This document shows positions 9,654 to 19,393 of a stretch of 64,000 bases of DNA, piece by piece. The stretch is from an uncultured Pseudobdellovibrionaceae bacterium. Its GTDB lineage: Bacteria; Bdellovibrionota; FAC87; UBA2466. Numbering within the stretch: the stretch's first letter is position 1; each line of letters opens with the position of its first letter. Both the position numbers and the translations under genes were made by a program. The notes below the pieces were generated by a model. That model ran no database searches. It had not been told where the DNA came from and saw only the letters and a list, made by a program, of their open reading frames with translations. The stretch spans positions 65,990 through 129,989 of the forward strand of contig CAYNEF010000001.1 of assembly GCA_964396165.1 (NCBI GenBank), given 5' to 3'.

Positions 9654-9674
9654 TCACTTTAAATTTACTTTAAG
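9654..9674. promoter_or_regulatory. Direct repeat tcACTTTAAa / ttACTTTAAg spaced 11 bp, candidate OmpR-family response-regulator binding site in a divergent promoter region
   Basis: Seen directly in the 9581..9733 intergenic region between the efflux operon and the two-component system. An imperfect palindrome GGTGCAAATTTGCGCC lies at 9607..9622. Confidence 0.3.
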
Positions 9675-9679
9675 ATGCT

Positions 9680-10429
9680 ATGCGCAATAACTTTCCCATG
9701 CTAATTCCCTTATCAAAAGAGAGGGAGCCGAATTTGAAAGGGGAAAAACGTCGTATTTTATTGGTGGAAGACCATATAGACATGGCAGAACCTTTAATAA
9801 AGGGGCTGGAAGAAGAGGGGTTCTACGTAAAACACGTAACTCTTGGGAAAGAAGCCATTCGTGTTTTTAACGAGGTTTGGCAACTAATCATTTTAGATCT
9901 CACGCTTCCCGATGTGCCCGGCGAATCTATTTTAAGCCACTTAAAACAAAAACCCGACTATCCTCCCGTTCTTATCCTCACTGCCCGAAGCAAAGTAGAA
10001 GATAAAGTAGAACTCTTTCGTCAAGGCTGTGACGACTACATGACTAAACCTTTCGCATTTGAAGAGCTTTTAGGACGAGTTCAGGCGCTCCTTCGACGTT
10101 CGCACCGGGTTCTGCCTAATAAAACCACCCTTTTAGATCTGGAATTAGATCCCAGCACTCATGTGCTCTCTAAGAAAAACCTCTCTACGCAACTCACTCC
10201 GAAAGAATCTGCCTTAGTGCAATTTCTTATGGGAGCCGAAGGAAGAGTAGTCTCTAGGAAAGAGTTGTTCTTATATGGTTGGGGACTTGATAAGGAACCT
10301 GACACTAATTTCATCGGGGTTTACCTCTTTAACCTAAGAAAAAAACTTTCTGAAGTAAATTGTGCAGACTGGTTGATGACGCTTCGAGGAACTGGATACC
10401 GCTTTTACGATCCGAAAGAAAAACAATGA
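9680..10429 (+). CDS. OmpR-family response regulator (CzcR/CusR-like)
   Basis: Receiver domain (RILLVEDH...D) plus winged-helix trans_reg_C (LTPKE..LL). Likely true start is TTG at 9734, preceded by gagggag 6 nt upstream, giving M-KGEKRRILLVEDH. Confidence 0.85.
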   Translation: MRNNFPMLIPLSKEREPNLKGEKRRILLVEDHIDMAEPLIKGLEEEGFYVKHVTLGKEAIRVFNEVWQLIILDLTLPDVPGESILSHLKQKPDYPPVLILTARSKVEDKVELFRQGCDDYMTKPFAFEELLGRVQALLRRSHRVLPNKTTLLDLELDPSTHVLSKKNLSTQLTPKESALVQFLMGAEGRVVSRKELFLYGWGLDKEPDTNFIGVYLFNLRKKLSEVNCADWLMTLRGTGYRFYDPKEKQ

Positions 10430-11691
10430 CGACGAAAGTTAGATTCACTCTCACCATTTCGATGGTAGTGGCCCTTTTGGTGGGAGCACTCAGTTCGTTC
10501 GTGTATGTGAGAGTCCGCGCCAAGATGCTTACCCAGGCTTCCCAATCCCTTGCGGACTTCCTTAAGCATGAAGCCGATCATATCGTTCATCCTATGGAAC
10601 AAAATGGGTTAGTGATCGACAAAAATCACTTTGGGGATTTTCTTTTGAAAATAGAATCTGAAAACGAAATCCTTTTTGACGGATTCCCCCAAAAAACCGC
10701 CGAAATTAATTCTCCCAATTACATTGTAAAAAAAGTAGTCCAAGATATTAACGGAAAGCCTTTGACCTTGACGGGGGCTTATAATTTGGCCCCTCTTTAT
10801 CATTACCTCGACTCGCTTCTTCAAACTTTGATGTTAGGGTGGGTGCTTACTGTTGCACTCATCATTCCTATTAGTTATTCCCTTGCACTGGCTTTGCTTA
10901 AACCGTTTAGAAACCTTGCTGCAGTGACGTACGAATTGCGCGCCGAAAGTTTGGAGTTTCGGTTCCCAGTACCCCAATATAAAGACGAAGAAGGTCTATT
11001 AGTAGTTTCTTTCAATGCTCTATTGGAACGTCTTCAGAGGTCCTTCGAAAGCATGAGAAATTTCTCACGTAATGTCTCCCATGAGATTCGAACGCCTGTT
11101 TCCGTCATTATGAGCCAATCCGAGATGGCTTTGCGAAAAAACAGGACTTCCGACGAATACCGTAATGCTTTGGAAAAGTCCTTTGATGAATCAAAAAGGT
11201 TAAAAAGCATTATTGACAACCTTCTCTCGCTTGCTGAAGTTGATAGGATTTATGATGAAAACAGAAAGACCACTTTCCCTGTTTTGCTAAGAATTAAAGA
11301 AATTGTGGCAACTCTTACTCAGCAGAGGAATGAATTGAAAGAAATTGCAATTGACTGCGACGAAAATCTTTTGTTTATCGGAAATGAAGTGGCTTTCACC
11401 TCTATCGTCTCAAATCTGATTGAGAACGCCCTTAAATACGGCGGAAAAAAAGTACGTGTATCCTGCATGGAGCAAGGAGAGCGAGTAGTTTTTCTCATCG
11501 AGGACGATGGCCCTGGGATGGTTAGCGCCACTGCCTTACCAAGCAAAACAAAAATGCCTAAGGGAGAAACAAGTCATGGACTTGGGCTTTCAATTGTAAG
11601 AGCTTTTTCTGAAGCTTATGGAGGAGAACTTATCCTTAAGCAATCTTCCCTAGGTGGGCTTTGCGCGACCACCTCTTTACCCTTGAAATAA
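10426..11691 (+). CDS. Sensor histidine kinase (two TM segments, HAMP, HisKA, HATPase)
   Basis: H-box SHEIRTP, N-box NLIENALKYG, G-boxes DDGPGM and GLGLS. ATG overlaps the response-regulator TGA (ATGA); the track ORF starts earlier, at 10360, in the same frame. Confidence 0.85.
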   Translation: MTTKVRFTLTISMVVALLVGALSSFVYVRVRAKMLTQASQSLADFLKHEADHIVHPMEQNGLVIDKNHFGDFLLKIESENEILFDGFPQKTAEINSPNYIVKKVVQDINGKPLTLTGAYNLAPLYHYLDSLLQTLMLGWVLTVALIIPISYSLALALLKPFRNLAAVTYELRAESLEFRFPVPQYKDEEGLLVVSFNALLERLQRSFESMRNFSRNVSHEIRTPVSVIMSQSEMALRKNRTSDEYRNALEKSFDESKRLKSIIDNLLSLAEVDRIYDENRKTTFPVLLRIKEIVATLTQQRNELKEIAIDCDENLLFIGNEVAFTSIVSNLIENALKYGGKKVRVSCMEQGERVVFLIEDDGPGMVSATALPSKTKMPKGETSHGLGLSIVRAFSEAYGGELILKQSSLGGLCATTSLPLK

Positions 11692-11848
11692 AACTCATGA
11701 CTCACTGCAAATTTGCTGGGAATAAAATAGATTTCACAAGTTCGTAGCTTCAAATTAACAAAGGATAATCAAAGCCGTCAGGACAAAGAACGCAAGATGT
11801 ATTATAATTCAAAAAAAGAATAAAATTTTAATTTCTATTAAAAATCAA

Positions 11849-12778
11849 TTGGGGGAACTAATAATGAGGTACTTTAAAAAAGTTGGCGCGATCTTCTGTC
11901 TGACTATAAGTCTCTTTTCATTTTCTATTTCTGCCAACGAAACAAGCGATAAAGAAGTAGAACGAATTAAACCTGAAGAAGGAAGTTCGAGTCTTTCTGA
12001 TCATCCTTTGCGCGCAGAATCTCAATTCGGAGCCAGCTTGGATCTTAGGCCTTCCTGGTCAGGTAACGAAGGGAGCATGCACACAGAAAACGAACTTGCT
12101 TTGGAGTACCGCCCAACCTCTAGTGCTCACATCGGCTACACCCAAGAATTTCAAACTAACCTCTACAATCCTAATACTGGCGAGACCGACCAAGGGGTTA
12201 GTCCTCATCTACATGACGGGTATCTACGAGGAGAATTTAAAGAAATCTGGAAAAATGGGAATGGCCTATCCTTTACTAATGAAGCACGTGTTTATTTACC
12301 CACCCATGCAGGGGATCGCGAGGCTGGACTCGTAACAGCACTCAGGAATTATTTCAAATTCAATTATGAAGTCTCTGACATGGTAGAGCTTGCAGTGATG
12401 GATGCCCCTATTTTGCATGTTTATAATAAGGCTGGCGTAGTGGACGAAGCAGGAGAAGCTACAGCAAATCCCGTAATTGAAAACAGGCTATTCTTGGTCG
12501 CTGGACTTTCTTTCTTTAAAAAATCACTTAGTCTTAAACTTCCTTTGATAGTTGAAAACGCTCGCCACAGTGATTTTCAAGAAGGGGCAAAATTTAATAA
12601 TAGTTGGAGCCATAAACTTTGGGTTTATCCGGAGCTTACTTATTCCGTGGGGGAATCTACCGCCATTGGAATGGCGTACTACAGTGAAAACCTCGTTAAA
12701 GATGACTTTTCTGAACTAGCATTAAATGCTGGATTTTCAAAAGGAGTTTTCCAAGTCATTCTCCAACAGTCTTTGTAG
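11849..12778 (+). CDS. Secreted protein, possible outer-membrane beta-barrel
   Basis: Signal peptide MRYFKKVGAIFCLTISLFSFSISA, with a probable start at 11864. Beta-rich and aromatic-rich. Sits next to the metal two-component system. Confidence 0.45.
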   Translation: MGELIMRYFKKVGAIFCLTISLFSFSISANETSDKEVERIKPEEGSSSLSDHPLRAESQFGASLDLRPSWSGNEGSMHTENELALEYRPTSSAHIGYTQEFQTNLYNPNTGETDQGVSPHLHDGYLRGEFKEIWKNGNGLSFTNEARVYLPTHAGDREAGLVTALRNYFKFNYEVSDMVELAVMDAPILHVYNKAGVVDEAGEATANPVIENRLFLVAGLSFFKKSLSLKLPLIVENARHSDFQEGAKFNNSWSHKLWVYPELTYSVGESTAIGMAYYSENLVKDDFSELALNAGFSKGVFQVILQQSL

Positions 12779-12804
12779 AAAGTTCAATTACTAATAAAAT
12801 TTAA

Positions 12805-12846
12805 GAAGCTGCTAACCCTTGACTTGGGTCAGCGGCTTCTTTTTTC
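12805..12846 (+). terminator. Rho-independent terminator
   Basis: Hairpin gaagctgctaaccc / gggtcagcggcttc followed by ttttttt. Confidence 0.5.
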
Positions 12847-13048
12847 AGCGATTATCGGCATTATCGGCACAAGGAGTAGCTATGAAACTAATCTTGTAGT
12901 GGTCGGCACCCTTCAGCATCCGCATGAAGGCCGCAAATCTTTTGATTGTTTTTCTGTGCCCAATCTGTCACAAATTTCAATGCTGTTTCACTGGAAAGGC
13001 TTGGGAGATAGCTTGTTGTCTTGATATCCCCGCGACTATTTACTCCAA

Positions 13049-13636
13049 CTATCCATCTAACCTTCGTATTCTTCTCGACATAATAAGCCGCTCCACCAGA
13101 ATCCCCGTAACATAAGCCGCACCATTTTTAGTGATGATGTCATTACTATTGCCTTGTGGTGTACGAGTGACCTTGGAAGTTCCTACACGAAAAACTCCGT
13201 CGTTTCCTCCGCCGCCACCCGGTTTTATGCACCCATATCCTGTTAATGTGAGTTCATCGTCAACGCGAACACGGTTTGTATCTGTATTAATATTTTCGTA
13301 GACCGTTCCTGTCACTGGTTTATCGATCAAGCAAAGCGCCCAATCAGAGGTGCTATTGTTGCTGTATTGAGGGGTACGGGCACAAACGCTATTGTATTGA
13401 TTCGGTCCCACGCTAAAAACGGCTTTGCCGCCGTTTTTCACACAGTGAGAAGCTATCAATAACGTATTAGTTCCAATAACGGTAGCTGAACAACGAGATC
13501 CCGACATAGAAGCATATACAGAGCTAGGCCAATCCTTTGGATCTGCAGGCTCTCCGTTGATTAACCTTCCCTCGAATTCATCCGCTATTGATAGACTTGC
13601 TCCAAAGATTGCAAGCATGCATATTAGATTTTTCAT
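13049..13636 (-). CDS. Secreted degenerate trypsin-like homolog (lacks GDSGG; possible pseudo-protease or fragment)
   Basis: Signal peptide. RLINGEPA and CSATVIGTNTLLIASHC resemble IVGG and TAAHC, but no Ser motif is present. Only 195 aa. Confidence 0.35.
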   Translation of the reverse strand: MKNLICMLAIFGASLSIADEFEGRLINGEPADPKDWPSSVYASMSGSRCSATVIGTNTLLIASHCVKNGGKAVFSVGPNQYNSVCARTPQYSNNSTSDWALCLIDKPVTGTVYENINTDTNRVRVDDELTLTGYGCIKPGGGGGNDGVFRVGTSKVTRTPQGNSNDIITKNGAAYVTGILVERLIMSRRIRRLDG

Positions 13637-13803
13637 AAGCGCACCTTTCTTCGCTATCGCGAATGATTGTTTTTTAATACGTCGAAAGGAGCTTCGACAG
13701 TTTGACTCAGTTACTTAATCCATTTATTTTGCATGCACTGAAACTTATGATCGACTGTTAAGGCTGATTCTTAAATCGAAAAAAATCAAAGGATGATATC
13801 TAT

Positions 13804-14112
13804 CTAATGACTACTTTTCCTTTTTGCCTGAACAACAAAAGTAAAACCCATAGCATCAAGAACTATGTCTATCCCAGTCAGTTCTGAATTTGTACGCTCT
13901 GATAAAATTAGCTCAAGGTGAGGAACTTTTACATTCATGATTTGAGCTACGCGAGCCATGCCGCCAGCACTAACCTCTATCACATCTCGGAGAGCTCGTA
14001 GAAACGTGGGTGTATCGCCAACTTTCAATGCCTCATTCAAATAACTTGCCGCCTCCGAAGGATCTCTAAGAAGGTCCTCTACTAAGTATTGAATGTCGGC
14101 GTTCTCATCCAT
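13804..14112 (-). CDS. HigA-family addiction-module antidote protein (COG3636-type HTH)
   Basis: DPSEAASYLNEALKVGDTPTFLRALRDV...GMARVAQIMNV...LTGIDIVLDAMGFTFVV matches the conserved layout of the 'addiction module antidote' family, judged from memory of family members. Confidence 0.6.
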   Translation of the reverse strand: MDENADIQYLVEDLLRDPSEAASYLNEALKVGDTPTFLRALRDVIEVSAGGMARVAQIMNVKVPHLELILSERTNSELTGIDIVLDAMGFTFVVQAKRKSSH

Positions 14113-14121
14113 ATTTAGTCT

Positions 14122-14787
14122 CTACTTCATAAAACTAAACTGAGGGCACTCTTTATTTACGTTGTTCCAATAAACCTTTCCTTTTTTTGTCATCTCTCTA
14201 TGGTGATCGGAATGTAAAGATTGCAGCTCCTCAAACTTGAGAAGCTCTAGCCACGGGAGTTCAAATTTACCGCCTTTGTGATTCGGTGACTTATAAAGAT
14301 GGTTTTTGACTTTAGTAATTGTAGGGTTCCAATCACCTTCTACCGACCACCATCCGCCAGAAATTGGATAGCAAGCGTCCGTGTATCTACTTTCTTTCGC
14401 TCTTAACCAATCTTCATTCCAGATTTCTACTTCATCCTCAAAATCCTGCGCCTCAGGCACTGCTATTAGGATTGGCCCAGTCAATTTTTCAGTATTGCGA
14501 CCATGCTTGGACATAAAAAATTGAATTTCGCTTTTCTGGGTAGCTTGATCCCAGATCACAAGCTTCTTAAGCCATGTAGAATCCTGTGAAGACAAGTACG
14601 GACCTGCTTTATCGAGAAGCCTTCTATAGTCAATTGCAGAAAACTCTGTGGAATCATAGATAAGCACAAACTTATGCTCTCTAGATTCAGAGGTTCCTTT
14701 CATTATTGCTCGTACCCCTTTTGACGAAAAAGGAACCGCAAGCAAACCAAGTTTTCCAGCCATTATGATTAATTCCCTACGAGTCAT
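14122..14787 (-). CDS. Hypothetical protein with Tat-type signal (TRRELIIMAGKLGLLAVPF), noncanonical partner of the antidote gene
   Basis: Lies 9 bp upstream of the antidote gene, where a ~95-aa RelE/HigB killer would be expected. No RelE-like motifs recognised. Confidence 0.45.
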   Translation of the reverse strand: MTRRELIIMAGKLGLLAVPFSSKGVRAIMKGTSESREHKFVLIYDSTEFSAIDYRRLLDKAGPYLSSQDSTWLKKLVIWDQATQKSEIQFFMSKHGRNTEKLTGPILIAVPEAQDFEDEVEIWNEDWLRAKESRYTDACYPISGGWWSVEGDWNPTITKVKNHLYKSPNHKGGKFELPWLELLKFEELQSLHSDHHREMTKKGKVYWNNVNKECPQFSFMK

Positions 14788-15174
14788 AAACCCTCCTTTA
14801 ATGATTTTTTAATATCGCTCAAAATTAATTTTTCATTAATTTTTGCTTAGCTCGGAACTAAACCTACTCCTCCAGTTAAGCATGCATAGGTTTTTAGCCG
14901 GTTATTCTCAGGTGAAACTGTGATCGTCTGTTAATAAGCCGTCTTGAAAAACGTGCAAAGAAACTTGCTAACGTCTGTTAAGCGATTTCACGAAACAAAA
15001 GCGTTTCGTTTCGGAATAAGCCGATACACTTAAAAGAAATCAAAAGAGTCGGCATGAGTAAATTCAGTCAATGGATGCATTTATTCATTAAAAGAATCTT
15101 AATTTGTGAAAAAGAGATTGCATGATTATGTTAATAACCAGGTGTAGACACTTTAAATATAAATTCTAGCAGCT

Positions 15175-15543
15175 ATGAAAATACAAAAGCAAAAAACGAT
15201 TGTTTCTTTCCGGAAAATCCATTCCCTATTTACTCTACTTGTTCTTTTGTGTCTTTTAACTACAATGTTAAACTTGCAAAAAAACCCTTGTTCCACGAAC
15301 CGGACAAACTTTACAACTCAAAACAGTACTAACTCGTCCCCCTTTTTACCGTTCCGCTACAATAGTGAATCACATGCTCCGTCATGCGATGAATCCTGTA
15401 ATGACTGTTTTCATGCGATTATCCCACAACTGCAAATAGACGCTTCTCAGATTATTACCCTAGTGAAAAACACTTACCTCATGCGTACGCACTCAATTCC
15501 TATTCCACCACCTTTTAGACCTCCCTCTAATTTTTCCGTTTAA
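15175..15543 (+). CDS. Hypothetical small membrane/secreted protein (doubtful)
   Basis: Hydrophobic N-terminus then low-complexity S/T/P-rich sequence. May be non-coding leader DNA of the SulP gene. Confidence 0.2.
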   Translation: MKIQKQKTIVSFRKIHSLFTLLVLLCLLTTMLNLQKNPCSTNRTNFTTQNSTNSSPFLPFRYNSESHAPSCDESCNDCFHAIIPQLQIDASQIITLVKNTYLMRTHSIPIPPPFRPPSNFSV

Positions 15544-15596
15544 TGTTGTAAAAAAGACCCGAACACAAACTAAATACATTATGTTGGAGAAATTTT

Positions 15597-17873
15597 ATGC
15601 AATCAGATGCTCAACCTTTGTCTCAAAAATGGGTAAATTCAATAAAGAAGTCCCCAAACCAGTCTAAAAATAAGACACCCAACCGAAACTTATGGGACTT
15701 GGGATTATTTTCCCTCCTCTCGGATTGGAAACGCCTTTTCTCTTCAGACTGCTTTCGGCAAGATTTTATTTCAGGTCTAGTAGTAGCCTGTGCTGCTGTG
15801 CCTCTCTCTTTAGCTATTGCCCTAGCTTCGGGAGTTACGCCAGCTACGGGGCTCACTACAGCAATCGTAGCTGGGATAGTGTGCGCGTTATTTGGTGGCA
15901 GCCCTCTTTCAGTAAGTGGTCCAGCGGCTGCAATGTCAATTCTCGTAAATACCGCAGTCATTAAATACGGCTTGTCGGGCCTTTTTTTACTCACCTTAGT
16001 ATGCGGCGCCTTGCAGATTTTTAGTGGCGTATTTCGTCTTGGGAAAATTATCCGCTTTGTTCCTGCTCCAGTTATAATGGGTTTCACCGCAGGAATCGGA
16101 GCAATTATTTTTACGGGGCAACTACCTAAAGCTTTAGGACTTCCAGCCGCTGATCCATCCCATGTTTGTGATGTAATCACACATTCTATGGAGATCTTCC
16201 GACAAACAAATCCTATGGAACTATTTCTGTCTTTGCTTACTATTGGCCTTATGTTTACATTCCCTAAGTTTTCTTCCAAAGTTCCAGCCGCCTTAGTGGC
16301 TGTTGTGGTACCTTCAACTCTAGCAATCTTTCTAAAAATACAAGTAGAAGTCATTGGAACAATTCCCACAAGCTTATTACTCCCTACTGTCCCTACCTTG
16401 CCTAAACATGTAGATGAGGGTTTCTTTTTAATGGCGATAACTATTTACGCTCTTGCCTCGCTGGAAACTCTGCTTTCTTCAAGTGCTGTAGATAAAATGA
16501 GTAGAGGAAAAGCACATAACCCTGACCAGGAACTAATAGGCCAGGGCCTCGGTAATATAGCCTCAGCCATGTTAGGCGGAATCCCCATAACCGCGGTAAT
16601 CGCCAGATCTGCACTAAATGTTCAAGCAGGAGCAAAAACTCGAAGATCGTCAATTATTCATTCGTTATTTATAGTGGCCGCTATTTTGTTATTATCTCCC
16701 GTTGTCAGTCGGATCCCAATATCGGTATTAGCCGGGATTCTTCTTTCTACCGCTTTAAGAATGTTAAATCCTAAGGAATTAGTAGAGCTTTGGAAAACCT
16801 CTAAAACCGATGCCGTCGTTTATGCAGTAACTTTTGTCGTAATAGTTCTCGTGGGCTTGCTTGCAGGTGTCCAGGCCGGTATTGCAGCGGCATTGATTAT
16901 CGCAGCTATACGACTTTCGCAGGTACGAATCAACGTGGACGTTCACGAAGGAATGTCGCCTACACGTCTATCATTATCAGGCCCCTTAACTTTTCTTTCG
17001 TCGGGCCAAATGTCCGACTTGCAAAAACGTCTCGAGAATGAACCTATTGACGGCGTACTGCTCGACTTGTCAGCCGTAAGTTATTTTGACCATTCAGGGA
17101 GTGAGCAATTAACAAATTTTATCAATTATTTATTTAGACGAACCTCTAGGTTAGCCGTCTTACACGCTTCCCATGAGCTAAAAAGGAAAATAGAGTTCCA
17201 ACTAGAAGAAGCTACAAAAGAGATTTTTGTTGATACCGAAACTGAGGCACAAATAAAACTCAACGACAAGTTACCGATTCGTCGCCTCTTACAAGGAATA
17301 ACTAGTTATTCGCGCAAGAAACAAAAATATGAATTGCTCTTCGAAAAACTCGCGGAACGGCAAAGCCCTCACACTCTTTTAATCACATGTTGCGACAGCC
17401 GAATCGATCCCACTCTAATTACTTCGACTCATCCAGGTGAACTTTTTGTTTTAAGAAACATAGGGAATCTTGTACCGAAATATGGTTCCACTAGCCATGT
17501 TGGCGAACAGGCTGCCATTGAGTACTCTCTTTCCGTACTAAACGTAAAAGAGGTTGTAGTGTGCGGACACTCGGGATGTGGAGCAGTTCATGCGAAGCTC
17601 AAGGGCGTGCCTAAGACTTTACCCGGAGTGGATAAATGGTTAACCCAAATAAACGATAACGCTTTCTTGGCCACGGACAATGTGGATACAGCATCAAAAA
17701 CAAATGTAGTGCAACAAATGGAAAACCTGATGAGTTATAACATCGTCAAAGAAAAAGTCGAATCAGGTGTCCTACGCCTACATGGGTGGTTTTACGAAAT
17801 TAAAACTGGTGATGTCTCTACTTGGGATAAGTCTTCTGGTTCTTTTGGAAAGCTTTTTCTAAATCGAAATTAG
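15597..17873 (+). CDS. SulP-family anion (bicarbonate/sulfate) permease fused to STAS and C-terminal beta-carbonic anhydrase domains
   Basis: SulP TM core, STAS region, then beta-CA motifs CCDSRIDP and HSGCGAV. Such SulP-CA fusions are known in established knowledge (e.g. mycobacterial Rv3273). Confidence 0.85.
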   Translation: MQSDAQPLSQKWVNSIKKSPNQSKNKTPNRNLWDLGLFSLLSDWKRLFSSDCFRQDFISGLVVACAAVPLSLAIALASGVTPATGLTTAIVAGIVCALFGGSPLSVSGPAAAMSILVNTAVIKYGLSGLFLLTLVCGALQIFSGVFRLGKIIRFVPAPVIMGFTAGIGAIIFTGQLPKALGLPAADPSHVCDVITHSMEIFRQTNPMELFLSLLTIGLMFTFPKFSSKVPAALVAVVVPSTLAIFLKIQVEVIGTIPTSLLLPTVPTLPKHVDEGFFLMAITIYALASLETLLSSSAVDKMSRGKAHNPDQELIGQGLGNIASAMLGGIPITAVIARSALNVQAGAKTRRSSIIHSLFIVAAILLLSPVVSRIPISVLAGILLSTALRMLNPKELVELWKTSKTDAVVYAVTFVVIVLVGLLAGVQAGIAAALIIAAIRLSQVRINVDVHEGMSPTRLSLSGPLTFLSSGQMSDLQKRLENEPIDGVLLDLSAVSYFDHSGSEQLTNFINYLFRRTSRLAVLHASHELKRKIEFQLEEATKEIFVDTETEAQIKLNDKLPIRRLLQGITSYSRKKQKYELLFEKLAERQSPHTLLITCCDSRIDPTLITSTHPGELFVLRNIGNLVPKYGSTSHVGEQAAIEYSLSVLNVKEVVVCGHSGCGAVHAKLKGVPKTLPGVDKWLTQINDNAFLATDNVDTASKTNVVQQMENLMSYNIVKEKVESGVLRLHGWFYEIKTGDVSTWDKSSGSFGKLFLNRN

Positions 17874-18024
17874 TTCCTTATGCGCCAGGTAAAGCCTTAA
17901 CCTAAAATTAATATGAATTAAATTATAAGCTCTGTCAGAATTTAGACTAACTGAAAAGCACCGTGTCTTTTTTTTGAGAAACACTTAAAGGTATCGAATT
18001 AGCTAACCTAGAAAAGGAGCCAAT

Positions 18025-18354
18025 ATGAAATTTGGATGGTTAACTGCGCGTTTATTTTTTCTTGTAATTTTTATGCTGTCCATAAGGACAGCTGACGCTA
18101 ATAGTACAGAAGCTGTTGATACCATTCCAACTGAGGGCAAAATTGTAGCTACTGAATGCGCAGGGATGGATAGCACATGGAACGAAAACGATAGCGCACC
18201 CGAGCTGGATTACGACTGGGTATATCTAGATTGCTTCCATGATTCTGTGGTTAATAAAAAATGTCCACAGACTGCGAAGGCAAAAGGTTACAAATGGGCC
18301 ATGATTAAAGGAGAATGTGCGCGTAGTTATTGGAAGTGTTACGGCTCGATGTAA
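18025..18354 (+). CDS. Small secreted cysteine-rich protein
   Basis: Signal peptide, 6 Cys in ~85 mature residues. Confidence 0.45.
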   Translation: MKFGWLTARLFFLVIFMLSIRTADANSTEAVDTIPTEGKIVATECAGMDSTWNENDSAPELDYDWVYLDCFHDSVVNKKCPQTAKAKGYKWAMIKGECARSYWKCYGSM

Positions 18355-18365
18355 GAAACCTTATC

Positions 18366-18698
18366 CTATCCACACAAATAGGGACGAGAGCTGTTAGGCA
18401 CCTTACACATCCCACTGCATTTTTGCTGCGGATGTGCTACACGACATTCTTGTATCGCGAGATTGCAGGCGTTATTGGGACCGCTGGATGCGCCGGCTAC
18501 GGTATGCCATCCATGTTGGTCATTTTTTGTTTGCACACTACATTTTAGTTGCCAACGTAGTGACTCACTTTCCTCACTAGTTGAAATTTCGTTTGCAAAT
18601 ATATTTCCGGAGATAAAAATAAAGATTAAGCTTATATAGATAGATTTCATGGAATTATTCCTTTGATTGGGTAATGGCGCTTTACTAATCGATTTCAT
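18366..18698 (-). CDS. Small secreted cysteine-rich protein
   Basis: Probable start at the second Met (MKSIYISLIFIFISGNIFA signal peptide). 5 Cys. Confidence 0.45.
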   Translation of the reverse strand: MKSISKAPLPNQRNNSMKSIYISLIFIFISGNIFANEISTSEESESLRWQLKCSVQTKNDQHGWHTVAGASSGPNNACNLAIQECRVAHPQQKCSGMCKVPNSSRPYLCG

Positions 18699-19252
18699 TG
18701 TTTTTGGACATAGGGTTTAGGATGGGACACATCGTAATTTACTATTTCCCACCAGCATTGACAGGGATGTTGAGGACCGTAGTAATTGCATCGGAAAGCT
18801 TTTTTTCCAGTTTCCCTGATATAGAACAAGCTTAAACCACTTTCGGAATCTTTAAAAACATGCGCCTCAAAATTTCTATCCGTCGATGCTCCCCCACACT
18901 TACTTGTGGGGAAATAAAGCTGGGTAGTTCCACTAAATTTATTGCTTTCTGCCGCATCAGGTTTAAGTTTCACCTGAAATGAGGATGTAGCACCCGTAGT
19001 AAACTTACGAATTGCCCTTAGAATATAGCCATCTGATACAGCTTCAATTTTAGCAGGACCTTTAAAGTAGGGGCTTGGCTCTTCCCCATAGAGGTAAAGG
19101 CCAGAAGGGATTTCCGAAACAGGCACTTCCTCGTCTTGGTTGTTTCTCTGTTCAAACAGAGTAACTTCTGCGGTTTCTTGCTGAAAACTTTGAGATGAAC
19201 AAGGAAGGATAATTCCTAGAAAGATTAGTCCCCAGATCTTTAATGTTTTCAT
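18695..19252 (-). CDS. Secreted hypothetical protein
   Basis: Signal peptide. 4-bp overlap with the downstream small gene, suggesting an operon. Confidence 0.5.
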   Translation of the reverse strand: MKTLKIWGLIFLGIILPCSSQSFQQETAEVTLFEQRNNQDEEVPVSEIPSGLYLYGEEPSPYFKGPAKIEAVSDGYILRAIRKFTTGATSSFQVKLKPDAAESNKFSGTTQLYFPTSKCGGASTDRNFEAHVFKDSESGLSLFYIRETGKKAFRCNYYGPQHPCQCWWEIVNYDVSHPKPYVQKQ

Positions 19253-19393
19253 ATTCGCGGCCCCCTATGGTTTGTACTAAGTTAATTCTAATTAATGTTA
19301 AATTTTTACAGAATACAATCCCAACTGCACATTAATTTTTCTTTAACGCCCTTGCCATGGCCATATTAACTCATAGATGTTATTAGAATTGAT

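Noticed and set aside
15623-16369. 248-aa minus-strand ORF overlapping the SulP gene
   Set aside because: It is antisense to a conserved transporter and its Pro/Ala/Gly-rich translation is typical of reverse-frame readthrough.
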